NCBI GenBank assembly: GCA_964428495.1
Contig: CAYRXY010000003.1
Coordinates: forward strand, 9,588-73,587
Length of the DNA: 64,000 bases
Reading direction: 5' to 3'
Source: an uncultured archaeon
GTDB taxonomy: Archaea > Aenigmatarchaeota > Aenigmatarchaeia > GW2011-AR5 > JAHLMP01
Numbering within the stretch: the first letter of the stretch is position 1; the number at the start of each line of letters is the position of its first letter. This document shows positions 1-10,202 of this stretch, in pieces. Position numbers and translations under genes: made by a program. Under the pieces are notes generated by a model. The model searched no databases. It was not told where the DNA came from and saw only the letters and a program-made list of their open reading frames with translations.

Positions 1-1
1 A

Positions 2-127
2 ACGGATATACCAGACCCTATGAATATAAATATAAGAGAAAGATTATTAAAAGAACTGGAAGGAAAAGAAAAATATTACCTGTTTGTCACACCTCTTCAT
101 AGACCAAGATTTAGAAGAAGGTTTTAA
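2..127 (+). CDS. 3' end of an unidentified CDS (C-terminal fragment, ...[38 protein letters not shown])
   Basis: Open frame entering from the window edge and ending at TAA 125-127. It converges on the ABC ATPase gene. No recognisable motif. Confidence 0.3.
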   Translation, partial: TDIPDPMNINIRERLLKELEGKEKYYLFVTPLHRPRFRRRF

Positions 128-849
128 CCTGACCTAAGAAAAGATTTTCTGTGGTTCCTTTTTCCTCTTATCTCTTTAACAATCTTACCGTCCCCCAACT
201 TTATAATTCTATCCGCCCGCTTTGCTAAGTCAAGGTCATGAGTTACTATAACAAGAGTTGTGCCTTTCTTCTTATTAATCTTTTCTAACAGTTCAATGAT
301 CATTTTTCCTGTTTTTGAATCAAGATTTCCGGTAGGTTCATCTGCCAAAATAATCTTCGGGTCGTTTGCCAAAGCCCTTGCAATGGCAACACGTTGCCTC
401 TCACCACCAGAAAGTTCGAGTGGTCTATGATGCAAACGCTTTTCGAGTCCAACAAGTTTTAACAATTGCTTTGCCTTTTTGATTCTTTCGTTTCGCGGAA
501 CCCCCTGAAATATCATAGGTAAAGTAACATTTTCTAAGGTCGTTAAAGTTGTAATCAGATTAAAGGTTTGAAAAATGAATCCTATTGTTTTGCCTCTCAA
601 CTTTGCTAATTCTTTTTCATTCATTTTAGTAACATCTTTACCAATTAGCTTTACCTTACCGCTCGTTGGCAAATCTAAACAACCTGTTATACTTAGGCAC
701 GTACTCTTTCCAGAACCAGATTTACCAACAATAGCAAGAAATTCGCCCTTATAGATTTTCAAATCAATGTCACGAAGCGCAGGCACATCTACTTTTCCCA
801 ACTTATACACTTTCGTTACATTTCTCAATTCTATGATAGGTTTACTCAT
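124..849 (-). CDS. ABC transporter ATP-binding protein (MacB/LolD-like)
   Basis: Walker [13 protein letters not shown] signature [15 protein letters not shown], Walker [13 protein letters not shown]-loop VTHD. Overlaps the permease gene by 8 nt. Confidence 0.9.
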   Translation of the reverse strand: MSKPIIELRNVTKVYKLGKVDVPALRDIDLKIYKGEFLAIVGKSGSGKSTCLSITGCLDLPTSGKVKLIGKDVTKMNEKELAKLRGKTIGFIFQTFNLITTLTTLENVTLPMIFQGVPRNERIKKAKQLLKLVGLEKRLHHRPLELSGGERQRVAIARALANDPKIILADEPTGNLDSKTGKMIIELLEKINKKKGTTLVIVTHDLDLAKRADRIIKLGDGKIVKEIRGKRNHRKSFLRSG

Positions 850-2059
850 ACCTCAACGCCTCAGCAGGTTGTAACTTTGCGGCACGTCTGGCTGGAGCAA
901 AACCAGCAATAGTACCAACAAAAAATGAAAATAAAAGTGCGCCAACAATTAACACCGGATTCACATATGCTTTAAGCATTGGCAGATTTACGCTAGCAGC
1001 ATAAATTTCAACAATTTTTGCTAATCCAACTCCTATTATACATCCAATAGCACCGCCACTCAAACCAATTAATCCTGCTTCAATAAGAAAGATGAGCATA
1101 ATATCTCTGTTGCTTGCACCAATGGCCTTCATAATTCCGATTTCTCTTGTTCTTTCCAGGGCTGCAGTGTACTGTGTATTCATTATTCCGACCCCACCGA
1201 CGAGAAGAGATATGGCTGCAATTCCAATTAACATTATTTGAAACATTCCTAAAACCGTTTGAATTCTTTCTAAAAGCTGACGAGATGTTTCGACACTAAA
1301 ACTCTCTTCACCTTCTTTCTCTCCCTTCACTTTTCTTAACTTTTCTTTTATCTCTTCTGCTACCTTATCCACATCTGCACCTTTTTTGACCTCAACTAGA
1401 ATCATCGAAACCTCATCCTCGGCATCAAAGAGCTCTCTTGCCCGATCTATGCTTATAACAGCACTTGTATCATCCATTCGATTTCCTATTTTATCCAGAA
1501 TGCCAACGACTTTAAATTTTTTATATTCGATTTCTATTTCATCTCCCGGTCTTATATTCTTGTCAAAAAAATCATGAGCAAGATCATAACCAATTACCGC
1601 TTCTGCCTTTGTTTCAGATGTAAGATCTCGGCCTTTTATTATTTCAAATTGTTGCATCGTTTCTATAATTTCTTTTGTTTCGTCTATCGGAATCCCTGTT
1701 ACAAATATGTACTTTGTCTCGCCGTTAAATGTAAGTTTAGCACTATTGGATAAAATTCCTGCTGCCATATCTACACCCCGAATTTTCTTTATTTTATCTA
1801 CATCTTCTTCTGTGAGAGGTTTTGAAGCAAAACCCGTGGAAAAGAAACCCATTTGGTTACCACTGCCAGACATTACAATAATTTTGTCTGCTCCCATCTT
1901 TTCGAATTGTTCTTCAATAGCGACATTCATACCTTGACCGAGCGATATAAGAGAAACAACAGCAGCTATGCCTATAAATATACCTATTATAGTTAGCATG
2001 GAACGTAATCTGCGATGTGTAAGATTTGTTATCACAAGTTTTATGTAGTCTGTTAACAT
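842..2059 (-). CDS. ABC transporter permease, MacB/FtsX family
   Basis: 405 aa. One N-terminal TM, a large periplasmic-type domain, and three C-terminal TMs with an FtsX-like motif. Forms an operon with the ABC ATPase. Confidence 0.85.
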   Translation of the reverse strand: MLTDYIKLVITNLTHRRLRSMLTIIGIFIGIAAVVSLISLGQGMNVAIEEQFEKMGADKIIVMSGSGNQMGFFSTGFASKPLTEEDVDKIKKIRGVDMAAGILSNSAKLTFNGETKYIFVTGIPIDETKEIIETMQQFEIIKGRDLTSETKAEAVIGYDLAHDFFDKNIRPGDEIEIEYKKFKVVGILDKIGNRMDDTSAVISIDRARELFDAEDEVSMILVEVKKGADVDKVAEEIKEKLRKVKGEKEGEESFSVETSRQLLERIQTVLGMFQIMLIGIAAISLLVGGVGIMNTQYTAALERTREIGIMKAIGASNRDIMLIFLIEAGLIGLSGGAIGCIIGVGLAKIVEIYAASVNLPMLKAYVNPVLIVGALLFSFFVGTIAGFAPARRAAKLQPAEALRYE

Positions 2060-2065
2060 GAGGAA

Positions 2066-2719
2066 TCACCTATTTCTTTTAATATATAATAGGTAAGAAT
2101 AGAAAATTAAATAACCAACTGTTACTATGATTAAGAGAACGGTAAAATAAAATATTTCCCCGCTTTTTGTAAAGTAGTTAATAAACAAGGTAATAATAAG
2201 AAGAAGTGATGTGAATTTGAATAATTTTTCACCTTGCTTATGTGTCTTCTTCCATACGTAATCGCTACTAAGCGTCCATGGAGTTCTAATGCCGATGAAC
2301 CAATTTCTCCTTGTGTATTTACAAAGTTCTCCGCACGCATAAAGAATTATCGAAACCACGGGAATAACAAAATAATGAGCTTGCCTAACTACGTAAAGAT
2401 TTGCATAGATAACAAAAGCTGTGACGTAAAACATAAATCCAAGTGTTAGAACACAAAACTTTTCATAAGCGCCCTGGAATTTTTTTACATTCTTTTTTAG
2501 TGGATCAATACGAGGTATTAATAAGAAAAGTAGCCACAAACCAAGTGAAAACAAAGGAAATGAAAATAACCAAATCCTACTTACGTAGCGGTCTGGTCCT
2601 TCAATATTCCAGTGGATAGTGATTCTCTCCGAGAGTAAAGGATAATAATAAATAGTTAGAATGAATGATAACGCAACAATTGCTACGCCGATTACCCTCC
2701 ATTTCATTTTCTCCTCCAC
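2066..2719 (-). CDS. Polytopic membrane protein, DUF1648/SdpI-like
   Basis: Motif ITIHWNIEGPDRYVSR after the first TM, typical of DUF1648/SdpI-family proteins. At least 5 TM segments. Confidence 0.5.
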   Translation of the reverse strand: MEEKMKWRVIGVAIVALSFILTIYYYPLLSERITIHWNIEGPDRYVSRIWLFSFPLFSLGLWLLFLLIPRIDPLKKNVKKFQGAYEKFCVLTLGFMFYVTAFVIYANLYVVRQAHYFVIPVVSIILYACGELCKYTRRNWFIGIRTPWTLSSDYVWKKTHKQGEKLFKFTSLLLIITLFINYFTKSGEIFYFTVLLIIVTVGYLIFYSYLLYIKRNR

Positions 2720-3903
2720 TTTTTGTAAGCTAAGTAACCAACAATTATTACTACGATTATAAGAATGTATATAAGAGAACTAGACTCTCGAACATTCATT
2801 TTTGCAATTTCACTTGGACTGTAAAGGCGAAGTTCAATCACTCTGCTCTCGGTGTAAACATTATTATTCTCGTCTAAATATTCTAGAGTTACAGGAATCT
2901 CGAGCTTACCATTTCCACCAACAGCCCATAACTTGATTTCGAAAGTTTCATAATCATCTGAATCAAGAGAACCAATGTAAAATTCATTGGAAGGTGAAAG
3001 GAGTTTGAAGTCATTGGTCTGGTTTACAATAACCGTCAAAAACTTCACATCAATTAAGCCCTTGTTTGCAATGTCAACAATTACTGTACCAGAATCTCCC
3101 TGCTTTAGCACATCAGAACTTTCCACGCCAAGCTCGAGCCTTGGTTCAGATCCTACAACAACAGTTACATAGTAACTTTTTTCGTAACTATTTCCCAAGT
3201 AATCAGAATAACTAATAGAAACGGGTAGTTTGTAAATTCCACAAGAGGCATCTGGTTCGACAATCAGATTGAATGTGACATCGATCGAATCACCATTCCC
3301 TAATATCTTTATCGCCTTTTCATCTGTTCCATCAACCGGAGAAAGAGGAACAGACGAGAGGTCAAGTTTCACAATAATGTTTCTAAGGTCAGAATCGGCT
3401 AGGTTTTTTAGTGTAAGTGTGAGCTTACCTACCTTCCCAGGTTCGACTTTACTCGGCGTTGTTTTAGCGTTTTCTATTGAAATGATAGAATCCGAGGTTT
3501 GAACATAAATATCAAAGGTTTTTTCAATCCAAACGTTCCCACCAATCGAATATCTTAATTTGAGTTCGTTCCATCCTTCAACTGCATCAGGAGAAACGCG
3601 AAGTTTGTAATCAAAGTTTACATTATCTACAGCATCTATTTTTCCAAAATATCTTGTAGTATTTTCGCTCTCATCCAAAGAGAATGGAAACTCAGGCACA
3701 ATCTCAAATGTCACTTGCTCTGCATCTTTCAGACCCGTGTTTTCAACATTGAAGTAAACATGTAAGTATTGACCCAGTGCTGCTGGGTATGGTTCATATT
3801 TTAGGATTTGAATTTGAAGGTTGGCCCTATCAGAATAGTTTACTGCATTTGATATTGAAATTATTATCAGAAATACCGAAAATAGTAACTTAAAACGATT
3901 CAT
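2704..3903 (-). CDS. Cell-surface protein with signal peptide, repeated beta-sandwich (CARDB/COG1361-like) domains and C-terminal TM anchor
   Basis: N-terminal signal MNRFKLLFSVFLIIISISNA and C-terminal LIYILIIVVIIVGYLAYKKWRRK. Operon partner of the ABC exporter, a common archaeal arrangement. Confidence 0.6.
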   Translation of the reverse strand: MNRFKLLFSVFLIIISISNAVNYSDRANLQIQILKYEPYPAALGQYLHVYFNVENTGLKDAEQVTFEIVPEFPFSLDESENTTRYFGKIDAVDNVNFDYKLRVSPDAVEGWNELKLRYSIGGNVWIEKTFDIYVQTSDSIISIENAKTTPSKVEPGKVGKLTLTLKNLADSDLRNIIVKLDLSSVPLSPVDGTDEKAIKILGNGDSIDVTFNLIVEPDASCGIYKLPVSISYSDYLGNSYEKSYYVTVVVGSEPRLELGVESSDVLKQGDSGTVIVDIANKGLIDVKFLTVIVNQTNDFKLLSPSNEFYIGSLDSDDYETFEIKLWAVGGNGKLEIPVTLEYLDENNNVYTESRVIELRLYSPSEIAKMNVRESSSLIYILIIVVIIVGYLAYKKWRRK

Positions 3904-4008
3904 AGATATAAATTACTTGATAAGTTATTTAAATACTTTAAATTACTCTGTAATAGTTGTTACGATTGGCTTCTTCATTACAATAATTGTATGCTCGAAT
4001 TAACTCAT

Positions 4009-4325
4009 CTTACAGTTTTCAACATCTTTCAAAACCTTTCGTAACTCTTCCAATTCTTTTGGTTTCCTTTCTATGCTCGGTAAAATTGGTATAAATTTTT
4101 TCAACCGATCATCATCTTTAAATATCAAGACGAGAATACGTATTACTTTTTCGCTCACGTTATCGATATCATCAATCCTAATTCTGAAAGTTGAATGACA
4201 GTAGAAGATCGTAAACTTACCTTTTCAGGTAGGTCGAGTCCACGAACAAGCGTCCTATAATAGTAAGCTTTTCCGACTAAGTAATCGAGCTCTCCTTTTT
4301 CAAACAGTTCATATGTTATACTCAT
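4009..4325 (-). pseudogene. Small gene apparently split by a frameshift ([35 protein letters not shown]... then ...[60 protein letters not shown])
   Basis: ATG at 4325. Frame A stops at TGA 4155-4157 after 56 codons. An adjacent stop-free stretch in another frame continues to TAA ending at 4009. Neither piece is in the ORF track (each under 60 aa). Confidence 0.25.
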
Positions 4326-4363
4326 TGTCAAAAAATTAATAGAATAACAATGTAGAAAAACTT

Positions 4364-5545
4364 ATGTCATTTAAAGAAAATATAAAAAGACTATACATCT
4401 TCAATTTTGTTGCTTCATTCTGCTTAATTTGTGCAGTCATTGTACCATTTTACACAGAATGGGGTCACTTAAATTTCACGCAAATTATGATACTTCAATC
4501 ATGGTTCATGTTTTGGACATTTGTACTTCAAATACCTACCGGAGCCCTGGCTGACAAACTAGGTAGAAAGAAAGTTTTAGTCCTTGGTCTATTATCCGGT
4601 ATTTTGGCAAATATAATTTATGTTACAATTCCAAACTTCTTGGTCTTTATGATAGCTGAATTTTTCTTTGGATTGTCTGCTTCTTTGTTTACCGGATCGG
4701 AAGATGCGCTTCTTTATGATACGTTAAAGGCTACTGGAATGATTCACAGATCTAAATCCATTCTCGGCAGATTCGCAAGTTTTGGTCTTCTTAGTTTAGC
4801 TTTAGGATCTTTAACAAGTGGTATATTAGTCAAGTTCATTGGATTGAGATTATTAATGCTATTTTCAGCTGTGCCTTACGTCCTCTCACTCTTTATATTA
4901 ATTACTATAAAAGAGCCTCCAATCTACAGGAGAGAGATTATAAAAATTAAATCTATCATAAAAAATACTACGAAACTTCTTAGAGGGATTTACCCGCTAA
5001 AAATTATAGCAGTAGATTTCATAATCATATCAATAGTCTCATACTTCCTTTGGTGGTTATATCAGCCCCTACTTCAAAACATAAACATTGACTTGAAGTA
5101 CTTTGGAATAGCATTGTTTAGCATTTCGATTATTGAAATTATCCTGATGTTAAATTATGAAAGACTTGAAAAGATATTGGGCTCAAAAAAATCCCTAACG
5201 GTAATGACGTCTGCATTAACAGGATTGTTTGCAATCCTCTCAATAGGTTCTGCCTTTGTTGGACTAAGACTATTTGCGTTCGTATTCATAACTTTAGCTG
5301 CAGGTATAGGTCTGGGCCGGAGACCGTTGATGATAAATTACTTAAATAAGTATATTCCACCGGAGATAAGAGCAACAGCTCTCTCGACTTTTGGAATGAT
5401 TAGAACTTTAAGTCTGATGATACTAAATCCGGTCATAGGTTGGTTAGCAGATTGGTCTATAGAATTAACTATTCTTGCTATAGGTATCATTGCAGTAATA
5501 TTCTCAATTCTATCAAGAATTGAAGAAAAACACCTTTTAGATTGA
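4364..5545 (+). CDS. MFS-family transporter
   Basis: 393 aa with about 12 TM. Motif GALADKLGRKKVL between TM2 and TM3 is typical of the major facilitator superfamily. Confidence 0.8.
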   Translation: MSFKENIKRLYIFNFVASFCLICAVIVPFYTEWGHLNFTQIMILQSWFMFWTFVLQIPTGALADKLGRKKVLVLGLLSGILANIIYVTIPNFLVFMIAEFFFGLSASLFTGSEDALLYDTLKATGMIHRSKSILGRFASFGLLSLALGSLTSGILVKFIGLRLLMLFSAVPYVLSLFILITIKEPPIYRREIIKIKSIIKNTTKLLRGIYPLKIIAVDFIIISIVSYFLWWLYQPLLQNINIDLKYFGIALFSISIIEIILMLNYERLEKILGSKKSLTVMTSALTGLFAILSIGSAFVGLRLFAFVFITLAAGIGLGRRPLMINYLNKYIPPEIRATALSTFGMIRTLSLMILNPVIGWLADWSIELTILAIGIIAVIFSILSRIEEKHLLD

Positions 5546-7138
5546 TTCAGCTTTTTTAAATAAAATCTTCGGTTTCTTTACCTTGTGATTCTCATCAAGA
5601 AGAATATTTCCAACATTTTTCCACTTTAGCTCTTTGTCACTTAAATTAAGTAATCTCCATATTTCTTTTACCGAGAATGGAATAAACGGATAGAGAAGAA
5701 TTGATATGTTTGCTATAGCGTTTGCACAGATAAATAGGCAATCTTTATCTCCTGTCTTCCAAGGTTCTTTTTCTTGAAAATAAGCATTACAAAATTTAGA
5801 AAAGTTCATAATCTCCTTTAATGCTTGATTAAATTTAAGTTCTATCATTAATTTGTAAACTCTTTCTTTTAGTTTTTGGATATTTTCAATTACAAGACTA
5901 TCTACTTCATTTGGTTTTGGTATTTTACCATCAAAATTCTTCCATATGAAACTCAGAACCCTAAACACAAAATTACCAAAATTTGCAATCAGCTCGTTAT
6001 TTATTCTATCTTCAAATTCCTCCCAATCAAAATTTATATCCTTTTGAGAGTATGGAGTCAAGCCGGAGAGATAATATCTCAGATAATCTGCAGGGTACTT
6101 CTCTAAAAATTCTTTTATGCTAATATACCAATTTCTACTTTTTGATAATTTTTTACCTTCTAAGAGAAAGTACCCTCTTGTTGGTATATAGTCTGGTAGT
6201 TTAAACGTTCCTTCAGCTATTCTCATTGCTGGTAAAAATATGTAGTGATGATAAACTATGTCTTTTCCTATAAAATGATATATCTTCGATGAATTCCAAA
6301 ACTCAACCGGATCGATTCCTTTTTTCTTCAAATATTCCATTATAAAAGAGATATAACCGAGATGATTATCGAACCATCCATAAAGTACCTTTCCTTTTGC
6401 TTCTTTCAATGGAACTGGAACTCCCCACTCTATATCTCGAGTTATATCCCAATCTTTCAGACCTTCTTTAATCCATGACAACACGTAGTTTTTTACATCA
6501 TCCTGTAGATTTTCATTTTCTTCAAGCCACTTTTTCAGCTCATTAGTAAATTCAGATAACTTAAAAAAGTAGTGAGCACTTTTTCTAATTACTGGTTTTG
6601 CCCCACAGATAGCACAATATGGATCAATCAGTTCTAATTGTGAATAAGTTCGACCACAAACCTCACAACTATCTCCATATTGGTCTTTAGCTCCACAATA
6701 CGGACAGGTCCCTTTAACATATCTGTCCGGTAGGAATTTCTTATCATTCTCACAGTAATACTGTTCTATTTCTTTCTTGTATATCAAATTTTTCTCCCAT
6801 AAAACTTTGAAGAAATGTTGAACAAGTTCCCTATGACTCTTAGAATGTGTATGACCAAAAACATCAAAGTCTATTCCAACGCCTCTCAAGTCCTTTTCAT
6901 CTCTCTCCCACCAAATCTTAACAAACTCTTCTGGGGTCATTCCTCTTTTTTCGGCATTCAAAACAACAGGAACTCCATAGTCATCTGTACCACATACATA
7001 TATGACTTCATTATCAAGAATTCTTTGAAATTTTACAAATATATCCGCAGGTAAGTAAGTTGATGCAATATGACCTAGATGAAGCTCACCATTACTATAA
7101 GGTAAAGCTGCAGTAACTATTATTCTTTCCTTCTCCAT
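5537..7138 (-). CDS. metG: Methionyl-tRNA synthetase
   Basis: Class I HIGH-type motif PYSNGELHLGH, KMSKS-type motif KLSKSRNW, and a Zn knuckle CPYCGAKDQYGDSCEVCG. Confidence 0.95.
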   Translation of the reverse strand: MEKERIIVTAALPYSNGELHLGHIASTYLPADIFVKFQRILDNEVIYVCGTDDYGVPVVLNAEKRGMTPEEFVKIWWERDEKDLRGVGIDFDVFGHTHSKSHRELVQHFFKVLWEKNLIYKKEIEQYYCENDKKFLPDRYVKGTCPYCGAKDQYGDSCEVCGRTYSQLELIDPYCAICGAKPVIRKSAHYFFKLSEFTNELKKWLEENENLQDDVKNYVLSWIKEGLKDWDITRDIEWGVPVPLKEAKGKVLYGWFDNHLGYISFIMEYLKKKGIDPVEFWNSSKIYHFIGKDIVYHHYIFLPAMRIAEGTFKLPDYIPTRGYFLLEGKKLSKSRNWYISIKEFLEKYPADYLRYYLSGLTPYSQKDINFDWEEFEDRINNELIANFGNFVFRVLSFIWKNFDGKIPKPNEVDSLVIENIQKLKERVYKLMIELKFNQALKEIMNFSKFCNAYFQEKEPWKTGDKDCLFICANAIANISILLYPFIPFSVKEIWRLLNLSDKELKWKNVGNILLDENHKVKKPKILFKKAESI

Positions 7139-7173
7139 AAGTTTCTATTCGGTGAGAAATTTAAAAACGATTT

Positions 7174-8118
7174 CTACTCTATGAATTTTTTCAACCCATT
7201 CCCATTGATTGTACTATCTCTAAGTGTAAATTCACCACTTCTAAATCTTTTCATTACCGATTCAATTTTTGCATCTTCTAATTTAAACTTCTTAAGATCT
7301 TTCACGGGGCATGAAATCAAGTATGTTTTATAGTGAATAGAATAAGGAATTCGTACGATTCCATTAATTCGATTTATTGCATAATCTATTTTAACACTAC
7401 TCGGTACTTTTACCTGTTTACTAATTTCTTTTATAAATTCTCGTGCTCGCTCAAATTCAATCGGTTTAGAAGGTTTGATCCAAATATGAAATCCGCGAGA
7501 ACCTGAAAATTTTGTAGCAAAGTTTATTTTTTCATCCTTCAAAATCTTTTCTATTTCTATTGTGACCTTCTTAGTTTTTTCTAGCTCACCATCAATGTCA
7601 AAAACAATCCAGCTTGCTCTATTACTACCAATTTCATTTAGATATGCACCAAAATCGAGACCGTGCATATTTATCCAGAAGAAAAGTTCTTTTTTGTCTC
7701 TTATTTGAATTAATTTGCCTTTGAATTTCCTTCGAAAAATTACCTGCGCTGTAAATATCTGACGGACAGCAACGTATCGATTAGACAAAAATTTCAGTAT
7801 CTCATTAGAGACAACTTTGTAATATTTCTTTGCTTTCCAAACAAGTAAGTATGTAGGATTTAACTTTTCTTCATCAATCTCATTGTACCTCTTCTCCCAT
7901 TCTTTCCTTCCCTTTTCAGTAGCACGATATGTATCATTTTTCCATTCAACAAATCCTTCTTTTACTATCCTATCAAGTATATTCCTAAGCTCCTCTTCAG
8001 TAACTTTTCCGTAATCTCTCTGCAATTTTTCAAGAATATGTTTGAACGTAACAAACTTCGTTTCCCTCTTCATTGAAAGCATGAGAAGAATGTGATCCTC
8101 GATTGTTGGCTCACGCAT
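7174..8118 (-). CDS. Archaeo-eukaryotic primase (AEP) superfamily protein with N-terminal winged-helix domain (PriS/prim-pol-like)
   Basis: Motifs IVFDIDGE and FSGSRGFHIWIKP resemble the catalytic DxD and SGxRGxH motifs of PriS and LigD-Pol primase-polymerases. The N-terminal 90 aa are wHTH-like. Overlaps XPF by 8 nt. Confidence 0.5.
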   Translation of the reverse strand: MREPTIEDHILLMLSMKRETKFVTFKHILEKLQRDYGKVTEEELRNILDRIVKEGFVEWKNDTYRATEKGRKEWEKRYNEIDEEKLNPTYLLVWKAKKYYKVVSNEILKFLSNRYVAVRQIFTAQVIFRRKFKGKLIQIRDKKELFFWINMHGLDFGAYLNEIGSNRASWIVFDIDGELEKTKKVTIEIEKILKDEKINFATKFSGSRGFHIWIKPSKPIEFERAREFIKEISKQVKVPSSVKIDYAINRINGIVRIPYSIHYKTYLISCPVKDLKKFKLEDAKIESVMKRFRSGEFTLRDSTINGNGLKKFIE

Positions 8119-8755
8119 AGTCCTCGCCTATTACCTGGCGAATCTTTTTTGCAAGCTCTTTACCTATTCCCCTTACCTTTCTCAGCTCCTTTTCAGATGC
8201 TGTAAACACAAACTCAGGACATTTGAAGTACTCCAGCAGTGCTTTTGCTTTAACAGTATCAACACCAGGAAGACCAGCAATTAAATATTCCTGCAACTCC
8301 TTTATTGTTTTAGGCTTTTTCTCTATTCTCAGGCGTATGCTTCTTTTTTCCTTGAACTGCTCTCGCTTTGCTAAGAGAATTATGTATTCAGCAGTTTCCC
8401 TTGGTGTTTTAGTCCATATCAAAGGCATGGAAAAGTCAACAGCAACTGCTGCTAACGCACCTCTGATTGCGTTTGGATTCACATTTTCATTAGAATAAAG
8501 ACCATTTCCCTCCACTACCAAGATAGGTGCCTCAAAGTTATCTTTTAGATTTTTCAACTGCTCAAATAGTCTCCCATCGATTATTGATGTTACGAAGTCT
8601 TTGGTAGTTTTTCTCTCAACAGCTACACGATCTGATAAAATATAATCTCCTACTTCAAGCATTTTCTTTTCTAGCTCACACTTCTCTTTTAGAAAATTTA
8701 CAACTAACGATTTCTCTTCTCGAGAATCGAAAACAATCTTAGGTCTCTGCTCCAT
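8111..8755 (-). CDS. xpf: Short XPF/ERCC4-family structure-specific nuclease
   Basis: ERCC4 nuclease motif VGDYILSDRVAVERKTTKDF followed by a C-terminal HhH2 motif (LIAGLPGV...VRGIGKELAKKI). 214 aa, with no helicase domain. Confidence 0.8.
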   Translation of the reverse strand: MEQRPKIVFDSREEKSLVVNFLKEKCELEKKMLEVGDYILSDRVAVERKTTKDFVTSIIDGRLFEQLKNLKDNFEAPILVVEGNGLYSNENVNPNAIRGALAAVAVDFSMPLIWTKTPRETAEYIILLAKREQFKEKRSIRLRIEKKPKTIKELQEYLIAGLPGVDTVKAKALLEYFKCPEFVFTASEKELRKVRGIGKELAKKIRQVIGEDYA

Positions 8756-8789
8756 ATAGAATAGTTAAGATTATTACACTTTAAATTCA

Positions 8790-8936
8790 TGCGGGGGGCC
8801 GGACTCGAACCGGCGAACCCACTAAGGGAGTAGGTTCCTCCCTTAATTTCAACTCGTCTTGAGCTTCGTCGTCATGAGCCCAAACGGCTTCCGAGCTCAA
8901 TGACTCTACCGCCTTTGACCGCTTGGCTACCCCCGC
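8790..8936 (-). tRNA. tRNA of unresolved identity, about 147 nt, intron-containing
   Basis: Acceptor stem 5'-GCGGGGG/3'-CCCCCGC, D-arm GCC-AAGCGGUCAAA-GGC, T-arm GCCGG-UUCGAGU-CCGGC. About 60 extra nt between the D-arm and T-arm include a 9-bp hairpin (UUAAGGGAG/CUCCCUUAG). Consistent with an archaeal bulge-helix-bulge intron and/or a long variable arm. A possible CAU triplet is present, but the anticodon could not be resolved by eye. Confidence 0.55.
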
Positions 8937-8993
8937 TCACTAATGGATATTATGGTTCATCTTTTTATCCTTTATTCGGAAGAGTTATTATAT

Positions 8994-10202
8994 ATGTATA
9001 AATTTGCTCATATAGCTGATTGTCATTTAGGGGCATTTAGAGACCAAACGCTTCGAAAACTTAATCTTGATGCATTCAAGTTAGCCATGGATAAATGTAT
9101 AGAAGAAAATGTGGACTTTATAATAATAGCTGGAGATTTGTTTGATATACATTTACCTGATACAAAGGTTCTTGACGAAGCTGCAAGAAAGATGAGAGAA
9201 GTGAAACAAAAAGGAATAAACATTTATGTTCTTTATGGATCCCACGATTATTCTCCAACCCAGACATCCATGATAGACGTCTTAGCAAGCGCGGGACTTT
9301 TTGAGAAAATTGGGACCAAATTTATAACAGATGAAAAGACTAGAGCAAAAATAGTTGGAATTAAGGCAAGAACGATGGGTCTCGAGAGAAAGGAATATGA
9401 GACATTAGACCTAAAAAAATTTGAGAATGAGAAGGGGTTTAAAATTTTTGTGTTTCATTCTGCTGTAACAGAAATTCATCCACAGTTTACACAAATATCA
9501 GTACCACTTGCAAACTTTCCAAAAGGATTTGATTATTATGCGGGTGGTCACATCCATGAGAAAGCAGTAGAAAAGTTTGATTCTTATGGATTGTTTGCAC
9601 TTCCTGGAACACTCTTTGGAGCAAGTTACAAGGACCTGGAGTATGTTGCAATGGGAAATGATCCGGGATTTTTCATAATAGAATTTAATGAATCGGGAAT
9701 AAAATCTCATAGATTTATTTCCACAAAGATTTGTGATGTAGAATATGTTGAATATGATGCTACTGGAAAAACATCATCCCAGGCAGAAGAAGAAATAAAA
9801 GATCTTATAAATGGTATCGATCCTTCAGAAAAAATCATTTTGTTTAAAGTAAAAGGTGAATTAAGTGCTGGTAATCCAAGTGACATTCCGTTTTCTGGGA
9901 TAAAGTCCATGATACTGGAGAAAGGAGCAAAAGTTGTTTATCTAAATCGAAATAAATTGAAGACAAAGGAAAAGGAAGAAGTAAAAGTGGAAGGAGAGAC
10001 CAAAGAAGAAGTCGAGAAGAAGCTGTTTGAAAATGTACTGAATGAATTAAAATTAAATCATGAGGAGCTCATAGGAGAAAAGGGAGTTGAACTGGCCATT
10101 AGATTACTAAATATATTAAAGGAGGAAAAAAGGGGAGAAACAAAATCGGATTATGAGAGAAAAATTTTGACACGTGCATTACATGAAATGGGATTATTAT
10201 GA
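8994..10202 (+). CDS. mre11: DNA double-strand break repair nuclease Mre11
   Basis: Phosphoesterase motifs FAHIADCHLG, IIAGDLFD, GSHD and GGHIHE. The upstream in-frame ATG at 8943 lies only 7 nt from the tRNA 5' end on the other strand, so 8994 (MYKFAHIADCH) is preferred as the start. Confidence 0.85.
   Translation: MYKFAHIADCHLGAFRDQTLRKLNLDAFKLAMDKCIEENVDFIIIAGDLFDIHLPDTKVLDEAARKMREVKQKGINIYVLYGSHDYSPTQTSMIDVLASAGLFEKIGTKFITDEKTRAKIVGIKARTMGLERKEYETLDLKKFENEKGFKIFVFHSAVTEIHPQFTQISVPLANFPKGFDYYAGGHIHEKAVEKFDSYGLFALPGTLFGASYKDLEYVAMGNDPGFFIIEFNESGIKSHRFISTKICDVEYVEYDATGKTSSQAEEEIKDLINGIDPSEKIILFKVKGELSAGNPSDIPFSGIKSMILEKGAKVVYLNRNKLKTKEKEEVKVEGETKEEVEKKLFENVLNELKLNHEELIGEKGVELAIRLLNILKEEKRGETKSDYERKILTRALHEMGLL

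Noticed and set aside
1386-2449. Plus-strand ORFs (63-76 aa) and small minus ORF 2131-2340 overlapping the ABC permease and DUF1648 genes
   Set aside because: They overlap the long, motif-bearing minus-strand genes and have no recognisable features.
8943-8993. First in-frame ATG of the mre11 ORF
   Set aside because: It lies only 7 nt from the 5' end of the divergently oriented tRNA. The second ATG (8994, MYKFAHIADCH) matches typical Mre11 N-termini and leaves room for promoters.
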